From: Aulosira sp. ZfuVER01
Lineage (GTDB): Bacteria > Cyanobacteriota > Cyanobacteriia > Cyanobacteriales > Nostocaceae
Length of the DNA: 64,000 bases
Assembly: GCA_034530615.2 (NCBI GenBank)
Contig: JAVRCV020000071.1
Span: 64,001 to 128,000 of the forward strand
Direction: 5' to 3'
Numbering within the stretch: the stretch's first letter is position 1; each line of letters starts with the position of its first letter. The notes beneath the pieces are model-generated. The model was not told where the DNA came from and made no database searches. It was given only the letters and a program-made list of their open reading frames with translations. Below, piece by piece: positions 62,599 through 64,000 of the stretch. Position numbers and translations under genes: made by a program.

Positions 62599-62756
62599 TA
62601 GTCCTTGGCTAGAATAAAGAGGTGAATCTTGTAAGTAATCCGAGGTAATGCAAAAATATCAAATATTTTTACTGAGGAAGTATGTTGCTCTTCAGTCCAA
62701 GGTTAACCTACTTTATTAGGTAAAGATTGAGGTAGTTTATAGAACTTTATTTGCAT
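62599..62756 (-). pseudogene. Decayed 5' fragment of a GT2 gene
   Basis: MQIKFYKLPQSLPNKVG*PWTEEQ...LPRIT resembles the N-terminus of the next GT2; start overlaps the upstream gene end. Confidence 0.6.
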
Positions 62757-63265
62757 ACTTCTAGCTGTCGAAATTTATAATGTTTGGCAGGACTACCAAA
62801 AACGATTGAATATGGTTTAACATCTTTAGTCACAACTGAATTAGCTCCAATGACAGCCCCTTTACCGATAGTCACACCAGGTAAGATCATTGAATGTGTG
62901 CCAATCCAAACATCATCTTCAATCACTACAGTTTTTAGAATACTGGTCTGGTGCATATCCTCTTGGTGATAATCATGGGTAACTGAGGTAATAGCAGTAT
63001 GAGAGCCAATCATGACACGATCGCCAATTTGAATTCCACCTTGGCACCACATATGTACATAAGTTCCAACTGAAACTTGGTTACCAATTTCAAGATTGCT
63101 GGGTCTGCTAATATAAAATGGAAAGAAAAAGTTGCATCCTTCTCCATAGCTTTTTAATTGTTTTATCAGGGTATCTTTTTGACTTTCAAGCAGATATTCA
63201 TTAATTTTTTTAAAAATTTTAATTCGGATAGGAATGATTAATTCTCTGAGTTTTTTAGCCAGCAT
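62747..63265 (-). CDS. Hexapeptide-repeat O-acyltransferase
   Basis: SVTHD, IEDDVWIG, FGSPAK. Confidence 0.9.
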   Translation of the reverse strand: MLAKKLRELIIPIRIKIFKKINEYLLESQKDTLIKQLKSYGEGCNFFFPFYISRPSNLEIGNQVSVGTYVHMWCQGGIQIGDRVMIGSHTAITSVTHDYHQEDMHQTSILKTVVIEDDVWIGTHSMILPGVTIGKGAVIGANSVVTKDVKPYSIVFGSPAKHYKFRQLEVCK

Positions 63266-64000
63266 ACCAATTACCCTGAATACTAATTTTACCTAAACGC
63301 TGATCGTATTTTTTTCCATTAATAAACGCAGGTTCTACATAAAAAGATTCTGCAAATTCTACCCAATCAATAAATTGTTTATTTTTATCAAAAATTCCTG
63401 AAGATATCATATATTTACCAGGCATTAGTTGATTAATGAATTCTACATTTATTCTGCCGAATTCTCTATTATATTTAATATTAGTACCACAATCTCTTTG
63501 GAAAAGACTGACTTGAACTTCACCATCTTCTAAGTTGTAAATAAGAACAAAAAATTCTAGTTCTTCAATTTCCGTATTTACTTTATAGTCAATTGAAATT
63601 TTCAGTTTATCAAAAATAGAAACGACAATATCAGAATCATTAAGATTATTTAATGTAATTTTTTCAATTTCTGCTCTAGCATCACCTTTTATGTGTCTGT
63701 ATTTTTTTGTTTGCTCCTCGGAACTTTGGTTAAGTGCTCTTTGCATATACTGAGATATAACTTCAGCAGGATTTCCCTCATAAATTAGTTTCCCTTGAGA
63801 TAATAAAAATGCACTAGTACAAAGTTGTTTGACTGTAGACATATTGTGGCTGACAAACAAAACAGTTCTACCTTGCTTACCTACTTCTTCCATCTTTCCC
63901 AAACATTTTTGTTGGAAAGCGGAATCGCCTACTGCTAATACTTCATCGACTATTAAAATCTCAGGTTCTAAATGAGCAGCTACAGCAAAAGCTAAACGGA
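63255..64000 (-). CDS. wzt: Polysaccharide ABC transporter ATP-binding protein with C-terminal domain; 5' part lies outside the window
   Basis: Frame open to the window edge: RLAFAVAAHLEPEILIVDEVLAVGDSAFQQKCLGK...VLFVSH. Confidence 0.9.
   Translation of the reverse strand, partial: RLAFAVAAHLEPEILIVDEVLAVGDSAFQQKCLGKMEEVGKQGRTVLFVSHNMSTVKQLCTSAFLLSQGKLIYEGNPAEVISQYMQRALNQSSEEQTKKYRHIKGDARAEIEKITLNNLNDSDIVVSIFDKLKISIDYKVNTEIEELEFFVLIYNLEDGEVQVSLFQRDCGTNIKYNREFGRINVEFINQLMPGKYMISSGIFDKNKQFIDWVEFAESFYVEPAFINGKKYDQRLGKISIQGNWYAG

Overview
Chromosomal window from a filamentous, probably heterocyst-forming (Nostocales-type) cyanobacterium. The assignment rests on many HIP1 octamers (GCGATCGC), heptamer STRR-type tandem repeats, and ndhN, psb30, a helical carotenoid protein and cyanobacteriochrome GAF domains. 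1-11.9 kb: the cyanobacterial ribosomal-protein cluster (rplC to rpmJ, minus strand), preceded by a ~700-nt, hairpin-rich putative leader. 12.9-42 kb: mixed housekeeping and accessory genes. These include ndhN, a GNAT, a TPR protein, a stand-alone RnfD-like/DUF2330-like pair, a sigma-70-like protein, a candidate effector/lipoprotein-immunity pair, HCP, cruP, two paralogous membrane proteins, an HTH-STAND-TPR protein, panE, a fasciclin protein, sbcD, a KimA-like permease, a multi-GAF histidine kinase, recJ, psb30, a YkgJ-like protein and a split UPF0016 transporter. 42.2-64 kb: a large minus-strand polysaccharide cluster (Wzt, a Wzy-like polymerase, ten glycosyltransferases, three acyltransferases, two methyltransferases). 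It is interrupted by an RTX-repeat protein gene, an intact IS903-group IS5 element, MITE/REP-like elements and two gene remnants. I saw no tRNA, rRNA or CRISPR array. Family assignments are from motif recognition by eye, not database searches.
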